Shown here piece after piece: positions 1 to 13,344 of a stretch of 64,000 bases of DNA; positions within the stretch are counted from its first letter, which is position 1, and each line of letters begins with the position of its first letter. The position numbers were made by a program, and so were the translations under genes. The notes under the pieces are model-generated. The model saw nothing but the letters and a program-made list of their open reading frames with translations, was not told the DNA's origin and did not search any database. The DNA lies in NCBI RefSeq assembly GCF_025526975.1, contig NW_026515670.1, positions 558,001 through 622,000 of the forward strand, read 5' to 3'. Source of the stretch: Fimicolochytrium jonesii (taxonomy: Eukaryota).

Positions 1-1331
1 CGCCCGCATCCATATCCACCTGGGATCCGCCCACATGTACCTTCTCAATCGGTGTGGAGGAGTACGTCCACACGGACGCGACGACGAGGAGCCCGCCGAG
101 GAGGAAGGGTGGGGTGAGTTGGAAATCGCCGATGATGGAGGAGAGGGCCCCGCTGGCGATGATGGAGAGGGCTATGGCGGAGTTTTTGACGATGTTGTCT
201 GAAGGGTGAGAGGGGGAAGTGATATGTTTAGACAGAGGAAGAGCTTGAAGGGGCGTCTTACGGAACAGAGGACCAACTTAACGTACCGGCGTATTTGATA
301 ACGGTAGCAACGAGCAACCCTCCCACAGCGCTCAGCAAAACCGCACAGGTCGTAGCCCACCCATACCCCGCAAAGAATCCATTCTCAACAATAGTCGCGC
401 GATCATTCAGCAGGATCCCAAACACGCCGCAGAACAGCGATCCGAAACACGACAGCTGCACGTTTCTGACAAGCAGTGAGGTGGGTGTGTCCTTCAGCAT
501 TCGTTCCAGGTATACGCCCGAGAACCCGGACGAGACGCAGATCATGCCGACGGCCGCAAGGCCGATTAGGCGTTCGAAGGCTTTTGCGGCGTTGGCGGCT
601 GTTGTCCCCGCTGTAGTGCCTGCGGCCGCTAGTGTCGCGGACGTGGAGGATCCGAGGTGTGGTAGTTGGGTCATGGCTAGACCGGCGGTCAGCACTCCCA
701 GGGAAACCCATTGCGCCAGGGAGAGACGTTTTCGGAGCATGATGACGGAGAACACGGCGGTGGTGAGGATGCGGAGCTGAAGGGTGACTGTTCGCAATGA
801 AAACGTCAGTTCAGCAATCCAACATATATTCCGGGGCATACAAGAGGTGAGTGAACACACACCTTGATGTGTAGTGGCATCCAACCGCGCCAATGCGAAA
901 TAGTGCAGCCAGTTCTGGATCGTATACAGGCCCGCGGGAATAGCCATCTTCGCCCAACTCGACTTTTGCCCGAACGCATCCAGGTATAACTTCCTCCCCG
1001 AACTCGCCACAGGTGCCCCCGTCCGCCCGTCCTGCCAGATGTAGATCGCAGCGCACACCAGTGCTTTTATCACCTCGGAAAGGAACACGGCCGTCGATGC
1101 GACGGCATTCCGCTCGGTTGCTGACTTCCGTGCCCACCGGAGAACCATGACCGAAATGGTGTTTTGGGCTGCGAGTGCCAGTAGGGCGCCATATTTCAGT
1201 CGTGCTGTAAGTTTTTAAGGATGAATGGTTCGTAAGCCATGGAGGGCGGATGAAACACCGGGTGATGGATGGGATGACTTACTTGCGTTCACACCACCAC
1301 CTCTCGATAGTATGGGGGAATAAGCTCTCAT
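1..1331 (-). CDS. Nucleotide-sugar transporter, SLC35A/UDP-galactose transporter-like; the 3' end runs off the window
   Basis: Exons 1283-1331, 863-1204, 287-787 and <1-198 join in frame through GT-AG introns. Family motifs: SEVIK, AIPAGLYTIQN, QVTLQLRILTTAVFSVIML, SSGFSGVYLERMLK, RNVQL, GGLLVATVIKYADNIVK. Confidence 0.9.
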
Positions 1332-2295
1332 TTTGCTGGAAGATACTGTAACAGGGGAGAATAAACCGAAAGTAACTCTACTTGCAGGCGAGGGCATCAA
1401 CTGTTGTTGGTGGGAAATTGCACAAGTCAATATGTGACAAAGCACCAGTAGTGCGGACGCCAGTCTCCACCACAACAGAGCGCTATGCAAAAGCGGTGCA
1501 GTCTTCAAGTGCCATTCCCAGAGGACTCACCTGGTAGTGCCAGTCCCTTCAAATTTATGTCAGGGGGCAGATTCCGCGGAAGTTCGCAAGAAGTGACGAA
1601 TATGTGCACTTGAAACTGGACGCACAGACTCAGTGAAGGGCACTCACTCTCTTTGGAGCGAGCGGCCTATGAACGCCGTTATATAGGTAGGTTAGGGTAT
1701 GGGTGGTTGGCGCATGTAGATATATGCCTGTGCCGAGTGCCCGCCGACTGCTCCGGTGGACCCCACGTAATAATAAGTTCCCCAGCGGCCTGTTCCATTC
1801 TGCATTCTGCGGATTGTTCTTGCTGCTGTCATTTTTGCGAGTCGCGACAGATGCCCCCAGATGGGCCACCCGGCTTTCCACTCGTTCCCCCTTCAAGGGA
1901 TTAAAGTCACGTGCTCCTGCCTCCACGCGTCGCGCTTACGTGATCCTCGCGCTGATGGAGAGGGGCGACCAAAGCGAGCGCACCGAACACCGCATAGAAA
2001 GGGTCTCTTTGAAGGGACAGTATCTTCCTTGGTCACACTGAAATATGGAATGCTCCTGCTGCGGAGGAAATGCCAGATATCACAACAAGTATCTTCTCAT
2101 TCTATGATGTACTTTACTGGGTACATATGTCCGGTCCGTCTTGAATACCAAAATCGAAAAAAAAGTGTCCATTGAAAACAGATCCGCACCATGCGGTGAT
2201 GCCCGTCCAAGTACAACCCTCAAAATATATAGCCCACATCACGCCCAGGAGCCGCCCACTCCCTCCCGCAGTCCAAAATACGGAAATCTTCCAGT

Positions 2296-4100
<1,805 letters not shown>

Positions 4101-5060
4101 TGTGGGGGTGTTTGGGTGTGGAGGGTGGGGGTTGTGTGCGGTAGTGATGTGGTTACGACGTGTGGTTGGAGTGTAAATGCGATTTCGCCGTGTGATGGAT
4201 GATGCGGGTTTGGGAACCGATATGAGCGCGGATCTGACAGGAACGGTGAGGTTGTGAGAACTCGTTTTCGAGCGGCGGATAGGGGCCGACGATATTTATA
4301 CAGGGAAGTGTGTGCGTTTGGAGAGAGGGGAGAGGGTCGATGTCGAGGTGTGAAGGGCAACCTTCGAATGGAGGGGAACGCGTGCGGGTCCTCGTAAGCA
4401 CAACGCGTCTCGAGTAAGCGAGTAAGCCAGATCTTTCTTTCCATTGTTCGCTGCCGGGTGGATCACACCGCACACCTTCCCGGTCTCACTCTACTGTCAA
4501 CTGCAGAGGCAAGTGCTGGATGCGAATCTGTCAATGTATACGATGTTCGTTGGCCTAAATGTAAAACCCCATCGAATGATACATCAACCCTTGACGGCAG
4601 TCAACGAGCTGGATCGGGGGCTCCTATGCGAGGCTTGAAGCGACTGCTATTCTGCTGATGTGGGCGCATACATGATATACACGACGTGGGTGGCATTAGG
4701 GTGGTCTCAGGAAGCTGATCCTTCACTGCCATAGTTCTCGCAACGCTGTAAAATCTGTTTGCTGTGAAATCTCCTCCCCGATATCCATCTTTCCCTGCCT
4801 AGCGTGCAACGTATGTATGCACAGATCCACTTTCCGCTCCCTAAAGAAAGCCGCGAAACCCCATCATCATAGAACGCACCACATCCAGAGCGACAGGTAG
4901 GAATACATTATCCACTCTACGTACATTTGAATACATCACACTGACCAACCCCCCCCCCCCCCCAAAAAAAAACAGTCCATCAGAATGTCCCGAATCGACT
5001 CTACACACATCACAACAAAAACGCCGTTCAAAAACTCCCATCCATACGCCCCTCCAAAGA

Positions 5061-8000
5061 TCACTCCTGATACATCGGCAACCCCCTCTGCCCCCTCAAA
5101 ATATCCACACTTTCCCTCCCCGCCTCAATAACAGCCTTCACAGCCCAATATGCCGCCGTGTCCTCCCCCACCGGGGTACTCCGCCACGCCTGCGCGAGTA
5201 CGTCCGGCACGGGTGTGCTGTCCACGTCGGTGTGTCGGAGCTGGTGCAATGCGAGTTGGGCGGTACGTGAAGGCACGCGACGGCGGTGGGTGCAGACGCC
5301 CGCGTCCACAATCCGCTTGGCGATGTGTGCCGGTGTCGCGCGGGTCTGGAGGAGACTGTCCCGTGCTGAGCCGAGCGTGAGGGGCACGGGTAGGGATGTC
5401 GCGGTCGTGACGACCGGTGTGCCTGACGCGAGGGCAGTCACCGCCGCCTCCCTCCCTTCCTCGCCCAACACGAGGACCACATCGCTTGCATTCACCCATG
5501 CGCGACGGGCAAGGTCTGTGTTCTCGACGCGTACGGAATGGTCGGACATGCCCACGAGACGCTGCATCGTCTCGCCGACTAAGGGTACGAGTTTGGCGGT
5601 GATGTTGTGGGATGCGAGGACCGCGATCGTCGGACGAAGCAGGTGGGATTGTGCTGTTGAGACGCTGTATCCGATCAGACATACATTCTCACCCTCTTTC
5701 ATTGCTTGTTCACGGAGCTCGGTAGCTGAACCACCCGTTTCTAATGTAAGGTTACGCATCCCCCACGCCGACACACGTAGCGTGCCCCGTGTGCGTCCCC
5801 GCTTTTCGAGTTTTGCGCGAACGGACAGGGAGGAGGCCAGTGTTAGGTGGATATATCTCCCGTGCGTTGCGGAGTACGTAAACGCGGCGTATGATCCGGC
5901 TTCATCCACCTCCCTCACAAGATCCACCACGGAGACTTGACTCCCCAATCGTAACGCGGAAAGGAGTCCGTACCCCGTCGGTGATTCGGCAACCAGCACG
6001 GTGGAGATATGTCGTGACTGGGCGATATACTCGATGAAACCGGGATACTGGGCCGTGCGCAGGAAATGTGGGAGGACAAAGACGTCGTGGGTGTATTTGT
6101 AGAAATGGCGACGGAGGGCGTCGTCGGCGGTTGTGAATGCAGCAACAGTCACCCGCCACCCTTGTTGCGCGAGGTCGGATACGATCGCGAGTGTGCGGCG
6201 TGTCGCGAGGGTGTCCGCGTACGATTCCAGGAGCACCATAGCGGTCATTCCCGGGGATGTATGTAATATGTTACCAAACCCCGGCCCCTTCCACCACGGC
6301 TCGAACGCCACAGCGGGTATGGGGTCGTGAGCCGGCCACGCACCTTGCTGCACCCCGGGCCACCTTTGCCGGACGAGCTCCGCAGCTTTGTCGAAATTGC
6401 TCCCCATCATCGTCCACTCCCTATCGCGTTTCTCCCACTGCCGGTACCAGTAACTGTACTCGGGTATCGTAACCCCCCAATGTCCGTTGTTGGCGATACA
6501 CATCCAGAAATCGTAATCCTCCCCACCTCCATTAAACACCGGGTCGAATGTGCAGTTCCCCACCGCGGCATGGCGGTGGACGGCGCCAATGTGAATATTG
6601 TTCCCACCCCGTTGCTGCGACCCGGATTGGAACCCGACCTCCCGCTGCGTGCGCGACGCGCCGAACAGGATGGTGTAGAACCCGACGAGGGAGAGGTGTG
6701 GGTTGGCGGAGAGGAGGAGGAGGGACTGTTCGAGAGCGGTGAGTTCGAAGAGGTCGTCGTCGTCTATGAACACCTGGTAGGGTGTTTGGACCTGTTTTAA
6801 CGCCAGTGCCCTTGCATGGGCTACCCCGCTCCTCCCAGTGTTCCTGACGACCTTAATACGCGGATCCAAAGCTTCCAACTCCCTCAAAACTTCCACACCA
6901 TCCCCCTCGGAATGATCATCCACAACAACCCACACAAAACTCTGGAGGCTCCCCTGCAGTATCGCCCGCGCCGTCTCGTCCACAATCACTCTCCCGGGGT
7001 TATGCGTCACCGTCATCAACGTAATCACTGGTTTATCGGCCACCAATGACGCCGGCGTAAAGAACTGATTCTGCGGGCGGGCAGGGTGGATCGGGTGGTG
7101 TGTGTAACTCGGCAGACCGGGCTCGCGGGGTTCGGCGAGGGGGGAGATGGTGAATTTGGGGAGGGAGGTGAGGAGGGTTGTTGTGGGAGTGTGGGGCCGG
7201 ACGAAGGAGAAGGTGGGGGAGGGATGGCCGGAGAGGTAGAGGGAGGCGGCGTGGGCGCGCCATGTTATTGCGATTAGAGTCAATGCTATGCTGCCTTCTA
7301 CGAGACGTCTCATTCCAGTTGGGGTGGTGGGCTTTCCGATTTGGCTGTTGATGATTTCCCCCCCCAGAACTAGGTCAACGTTTCTAACCCTCGGTGGCGA
7401 GCCGGAGGGTGTGCTTGTTTCCGACGCCCGTAATGGGTTGTAATCCCTGTTCTCAGTGACAGCTTTGATGATCAAGGATTTCAGAAGGTAGCCGTTGGTG
7501 AGCGCGAGGATGAGTATTTGTAGGGCGGTGGCGATCGTGAGAGGCGTGTCGTTGATGACAAGTGAGGCGAGAGCGGCCAGGAGGGGCAAGAGGACGGTAC
7601 CGATGGTGGTAAAGCTGGGATCTGTTACTGTGAAAGTGGGACGGGAATAAATTGGCCTTGGCACTTGCATAAGATATGTGGGCCAGCAAGAGCTTACCTG
7701 TGAGATCAGAACAGCCCCCAAGAACCAGCCCACCAAACGCACTCGCCACGATCGCAAGCACGGGCAAACTGAGTATGCCCTCGGTGAGATCTACAGGCAT
7801 GAATGAGGATTCCAACAGTAAGGCGCCGAAGGCCGCGACGATGATGGATGCAAAGCTGGTTTGCAGCTTGGTAATCCAAACCGAGGACGACGATGCCGAT
7901 GCCGATGCCGTTGCCGATGAGAATATTGCCGACGTCGGCTCCACGGCGCGGTCGCCAGCGACCCGCTCAGCGAACACCGCACACAGACCCGAAACCAGCG

Positions 8001-8633
8001 ACGCAGCGATTCCGACTACGGCCTCCACCACCACACCTTCTGGCCCGTCCTCACTCTCCGAGACGCCCCACAAAGCCGTCCCACGCAGAATCCAAACATT
8101 CACAACCGAAACCGCCAAAATGACCTCCGAATGCCATTTCCGCAACCCGGCAAACGGGCTAACTGCCAGAATCCGAGTCAGGAGCAGCTGCACCTGCCAC
8201 GCATTGGTAAACGTCAAGCAATCGATACTGCTCAGCGCCACATACTGCATCACGCACTGCAGCGTATAAAAAACACCAGGCACGACGGTCTTTCGGTAGT
8301 GTCGCACACCATCGGATACCACGTTCGGTAACCGCGTTATGAAAGGTGCAAAGCCCTCGTGGTGGGCGTTGATGAGGAAGAGGGTGGTGAGTTTGAGGAG
8401 TTCGGAGGCGAGGACGGCGGAGAAGAGGGATGGGAAGGCGGTTGGGTTGGATTTGAAGGCGAGGCGGATGAGGAGGAGGGGGGCTGTTTGGGAGAGGAGG
8501 GGTAGGGCGTTGGAAAGCCATGGTGAGTCTGGGAAGGAGAACATGCGGTGAGATGGGGGTTTTCAAGAGATCAGAAAGAACGAGGATACCATTGAGTTTA
8601 CTTACGGGCTTTAGAGACTTGGAGGTCGAACAT
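5061..8633 (-). CDS. Predicted fusion protein (~1139 aa): divergent nucleotide-sugar transporter + TM anchor + GT2 glycosyltransferase + degenerate GT4-like domain
   Basis: Exons 8606-8633, 7698-8528 and 5061-7621 total 3420 nt. Both introns are phase 1 with GTAAG donors. Transporter motifs: SELLK, VPGVFYTLQ, YVALSSID. GT2 motifs: VVDDHS, FIDDDDL, GEDYDFW. GT4-like motif: ASDVVLV..EEG..ALASGTPVV. Confidence 0.8.
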
Positions 8634-9976
8634 TGTTTTGCGCTGAAAATCGGCGGAGTCTATGCAACCTCTATCTAGCTTTGCTTCTAGGCTTCTGCTT
8701 TGGGTCCAGCAAGGCAGATACCGTTGAAAAAAACAAGTATAAGCCGTTCCCGAGGTATATATATATGCCGCAGCTTTTCGTCTATTCTATGGTGTTGCCA
8801 ACACCTGCCGAATCCGTCCGGTCTCCTCGCTGGGTGGCGTCTATTCTACAAACGACTTTCTATGTACAAAGAGAAGGGAGAAGGGCAGCAGCGAGACCAC
8901 TTGCGGAATCGAATGGACAGGGAGAGAAGGTGGAGTGTTTCTTGCAGAAGCAAGCACGTCCAAGGGCAACAAGGCAGCCGACCGCTGTTCCGTGCGTGTG
9001 CTCTTTCCCGACCCCAAAAATGGCGTTGCGGCTTTCTCCAAGGGGATCCGCGCGACGCGTCATTACGTAATACGGACACAACACGTGCGCCCGCCCGCCC
9101 CTTCTCATTTGCGATGCTTCCATTCCCCCTTCCCCTTCCACAGAGACTTCGCATTGCACCAGGTGACCAGGCGCTGTGCGTTCCCCCCCTGTTTGTTTTT
9201 GTTGTTCGCTCGGATTCTCGGAATAAGCCTTGCTGCTCAGCGATCACACTGGGATCTTAGCATCAATCTGCTGTTGGGTAACTTGGGTTGGCAGCCGTCC
9301 AGGAGAGCGAAATTGGTGTGATTGCATCTTCAGGTCTGATAGATAGAGTTGCAAATGCAGAATAGTTTGATATTTCGGAGGAAGAGATCTTGTGAGTGAA
9401 AGAGGCTGTCAGAGACGTTCCTCATGTACCCAATTTCTTTTTTCAGCCTGGGCTCAGCTAGAGTCTGGATGAGATTGTGGTGTAAAAAAAACACTGGTTG
9501 GGACATTTGACAGTTTTCAACTCGGGATTCGACAGCGCGATTTTGGCAGTCGAGAAATGCAGTGTCCTCCAATTCGAAGCTTTTTTCGCACTTTGTTTTC
9601 GGAGAATTTCCGTTCTTGCCTTTCCTACTCCGGCTTGGCATCGAAGCCTCGTTCGCTCCTTCGGTTTTTGCGATAAGATTATGCAACCCTGCGGCGTGGC
9701 GATCGATGATGGACTTCCTGTATAGTCTGAACTCGAAGGAGTAAAACGTCGACGACGCGGGATTCGAGTGCCATACGAAAGAACTGAGAAGTACCTTGTG
9801 TCAATCCACACATTTGCCGTTGTCAAAGAACCTCTTCGCAAACGTCAATTTCTTCCGAGTACATATCCACTGTGACGCTTGAAGAAATCGGGGCTGCTTA
9901 CAGTGCCAGATTTCAACAGGTTACCTCCTCAACGAGCTAATCTTTATTCAAGCATTACGAACGAGGATCGGTCAAA

Positions 9977-12520
9977 ATGGACGCCTCAGAGCCGGAGGAC
10001 ATTCCTCCTCTGGCTGATGTGCTCGCAGACGTCTCCATCGCCACGGACAGCACTTCCGTCGAAGCGAACCCATCGCCGCAATCCACTGAGCAGGCACTAC
10101 CGCACGCGGAAGATTCGGACGATATCAGTGGCGATGATGTGGAGGCACTCACTGCAGATGCGGTTGAAAATGAAGCTTCACAGAAGCTAGGTGTGGAGCA
10201 AAGCGGGTCAGGGAATATAGATCCGGACGTCTCTGCGCCACAACACCCATCTGAGCCACCCGAGCCCACCGCCGGCGTGGCAACGGAGGAGGATGCGAGT
10301 GTGGGATCTGTGCCAAATGATCAGGCAGCAGCTGCAGAGAATCAAACTTCACCAATAGCCGTCGACGCTACAGCGGCATCCGACGCCTCGACTCTGTCAG
10401 GTCCGGCACGACTTCTGCCCCAGTCAGCCAACCAGCAAGATCAAATCGTGCCCGTCGCGGTACTCCGGGGTACGAGCGCCGAGCCCGATCCCTCACCCCC
10501 TCACCCCACACCGCTTGCGGACGTGGAGGGAGAGGCGCTTGTGCCCAAGACTGGGGTGAAAGAAAGCGCGATCCCCGTGCCCGTGGGGGCGACTTCAGGG
10601 TTATCCGTGAGGAATTCGAGAGCAGGAGGTGGCCTGCGTGGCACAGCGGATAAGGCTGCGGATACATTCCGTGCGGACCGAAAGCCGGGCGCTGTGGCTG
10701 CACGGGCGGGATCTTCAACGTCAACCCCTGGGACGGAGGCTGATGTTCGTCTCACTTCCCCCGCGGTTCCGGAGAGAACGCCAAACATGCATCGAAGCTC
10801 CAGCGCTCGAATGCGAGAAAAGGAGCGCGAGGAGGGGCGGATCACCATGACGGTGCTCACGCAGAGAGGGTTGGAGAGCGAAGGTAACCTGCTTCAACCC
10901 ATCATTCACATTCAATACAGAACCATTCCACGCAAACACATCCGTCCCATCACTTTTCTTTTTTTTCCCGGAAATGCAGTCCGACCACCACGACCCACAT
11001 CCGCAGCCCCGCGAGACGACCTATGCAGCGTCCTCGCCACCAAGCACAACCCGTTCTCGCAGTCCGACGCAGAGCTCAACAACGTGTTTCCAGCATCGTA
11101 TTATTCACCCACTCGCATGAAGACGGGCGCGCCATCCAGCCCGATGAAACGAACGGCGTCGGGTGGAAGGGGATCGCTCTCGTCGCCTGTCCAATCTGAG
11201 GGATCGAGCTCCGTGGTGATGGGTAGGGGCGTGGGAAAGACGGATGGAAGCACCGATGGGAACGCAGAGAACGCCGGCCGACCCCCAAACGAGCCCCAAC
11301 ACCGCCCAAGCACCCTCCCCCGGCAAATCCACAAACACAAACCAGGGCCGACTCTCCCCTCCATCCCCGGCCGCCCCACCCTCCCCTGGTTCCAAAGACG
11401 CTACGGACGGCCCGGGAGTGCAGGAAGCGTCACGGGCGATGCGCATATCGATCCCCCAAAGACCGACCCCGCCGACGTGAATTTCGAGCGGGATGGGCGG
11501 GGGGATTCGAGGACTTCCGCGGCGCGATCGGCGAAATCGGGGAGAGTGGCGACGACTGCGAACGCGGGCGCTGAGCAAACGAGTCCGCCGGTGGATGCGC
11601 GGTTGTCGTCGCCGTACAGCACGCCGTTGCCGTTGGCACGGGTGCAGCCGGTGCCGTTGAAAGGATCGGTTGTGTTGGTCGTTGAGCCGGTGCTGACGTT
11701 TGGGGGGGAGAACACCTCGCGGGCGCAGAAAGCGGGAGAGGGTCGACCTCACACCAGCTACGCCTACACCTACCGCTATCGGTACGTCCATTCGCCGTCA
11801 TCGACATCGCGCTCATCCACCGCCGCTCTCGGCGCGGTTTCATCCCCAGCGGACGGAGGGGTGGTGAGCGTCTCGCGCCGGCACGCGTTGCTGGCCGCGC
11901 TGAGACTGAAGCGGGATATGCGGGTGGAGGAGACGTACCTGGGCTATTCCGCCGTGGATGCACAGGAGTTTGTCCGGAAAGCCAAGTGGCGACGGGCGTG
12001 GGGAGCGTGCGGTGTGATGAACCTCGACGCCACCCACGGGAGACCTCCGTCCAAAGCGGCCGGTGAAAACCCCCACATCCTGACGCCCGCAGAGGCCCCG
12101 CCGCCACCCAAAGTGACGGTGGTGCTCTGGCCCCGAGTTGCGCCGAATGCTCAGAATACCCAGCAGCCACAACTACACCCGCAACACACACATACCTCCC
12201 CGCTGCAGTTCCAGCCCCTGCTACACCACCCGTCCCAAAACGCTGCAGCCACCCTTGCTGCCCATACAACCTCCCTCCGCACACCCCCCAGCCACTCCAC
12301 CGACCTCGACCTCCTCGCCTTCTCCGACGACATAGCCACGTCCGCGGCAGTAAGGGCACAGGCGTTGAACCCGACGTTCAATAACGTGCACCCTGCGCAG
12401 CTGACGTATGGGATTTTGGGGAGGGTGCATTGGAGGGAGAGGGATGGGAGGATTGGGGGGTGTCATTCGCCAGAGGTTCTGGGTGGGATTAGGGTGGGGA
12501 GGAGGGGTGGGGGCGGTTAG
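9977..12520 (+). CDS. Hypothetical low-complexity/disordered protein
   Basis: 847-codon ORF with an acidic, Pro/Ser-rich N-terminus. Probable in-frame intron at 10884-10979 (GTAACC...pyrimidine tract...GCAG). No recognisable domain. Confidence 0.65.
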   Translation: MDASEPEDIPPLADVLADVSIATDSTSVEANPSPQSTEQALPHAEDSDDISGDDVEALTADAVENEASQKLGVEQSGSGNIDPDVSAPQHPSEPPEPTAGVATEEDASVGSVPNDQAAAAENQTSPIAVDATAASDASTLSGPARLLPQSANQQDQIVPVAVLRGTSAEPDPSPPHPTPLADVEGEALVPKTGVKESAIPVPVGATSGLSVRNSRAGGGLRGTADKAADTFRADRKPGAVAARAGSSTSTPGTEADVRLTSPAVPERTPNMHRSSSARMREKEREEGRITMTVLTQRGLESEGNLLQPIIHIQYRTIPRKHIRPITFLFFPGNAVRPPRPTSAAPRDDLCSVLATKHNPFSQSDAELNNVFPASYYSPTRMKTGAPSSPMKRTASGGRGSLSSPVQSEGSSSVVMGRGVGKTDGSTDGNAENAGRPPNEPQHRPSTLPRQIHKHKPGPTLPSIPGRPTLPWFQRRYGRPGSAGSVTGDAHIDPPKTDPADVNFERDGRGDSRTSAARSAKSGRVATTANAGAEQTSPPVDARLSSPYSTPLPLARVQPVPLKGSVVLVVEPVLTFGGENTSRAQKAGEGRPHTSYAYTYRYRYVHSPSSTSRSSTAALGAVSSPADGGVVSVSRRHALLAALRLKRDMRVEETYLGYSAVDAQEFVRKAKWRRAWGACGVMNLDATHGRPPSKAAGENPHILTPAEAPPPPKVTVVLWPRVAPNAQNTQQPQLHPQHTHTSPLQFQPLLHHPSQNAAATLAAHTTSLRTPPSHSTDLDLLAFSDDIATSAAVRAQALNPTFNNVHPAQLTYGILGRVHWRERDGRIGGCHSPEVLGGIRVGRRGGGG

Positions 12521-13344
12521 GGTGGCGGGTGTAGGATGGTAGGTCATTTTGGAGTGTTCTCGATGGGAGGTTGGGTGTGATAAGAGTTGGATAGGATATA
12601 GGAGTAGCCATTTTCGTTGTAGCTTCCATCCTCATGATAGGTAGGATGAACTTCTTTTAACTGTCACAACTGAGGGTGTTACTGTTGGCTTGTTCGTTGG
12701 GACGGTCGAGTCCTACCCCCCCTTCCCAGCTCCTGCCGAATGCGCTGCATTTGAACGTTTGGGAAGTGCGATTTCAGCAAATGTCCGGGTCGGTCATACT
12801 GAACGACTTCAGATCCCATCATTATCCTCGACCCCGCATGACCAGGGACGAGTGACACGGTTGTTGAAGAGTGAGTGCACCTCAAGCGCCGCCCGCAGTG
12901 GTTTCCTCAACACTGTCCACACAGTGTAATCGCCCTGCGCTCTTATGGAACGTTGGAGCATCGGGGTCTTCAGGCTGACTGGTCAGCCTTATATCACGCA
13001 CTTGTCGGCATACTTTTGATGAGATGGCATAGTAACTTATTAGTGAGGCGGCGCGATACGTGCAAAATTGCATTCTCCCTTCCACAAGGCAAATGAGCGT
13101 ATACATAAGAGCAGGGTAATGTGACATGAGACAGCAAGGATGCGTGATATGGTCTAGCAGATGATCTATTAGGGGGGTGGGGGGCGAGAGTCGCCCGGTA
13201 CGTCTACAGATGAATTGCAAATTATGTACTTCTCAAACAGCTAAAGTCTATATGCGTGTATGTGGTATGTGTGTGTGTGGAGATCGGGGTGACCTTCTTC
13301 GAATTCGCATGCTCTACATTCGGATCCGCAAAAATGTGAAACGC

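Noticed and set aside
7453..8544. Stand-alone 363-aa transporter ORF and separate 898-aa GT ORF
   Set aside because: The ATG at 8544 appears to lie inside intron 1 and the ORF tail is intron read-through. The spliced single-gene model explains both ORFs better.
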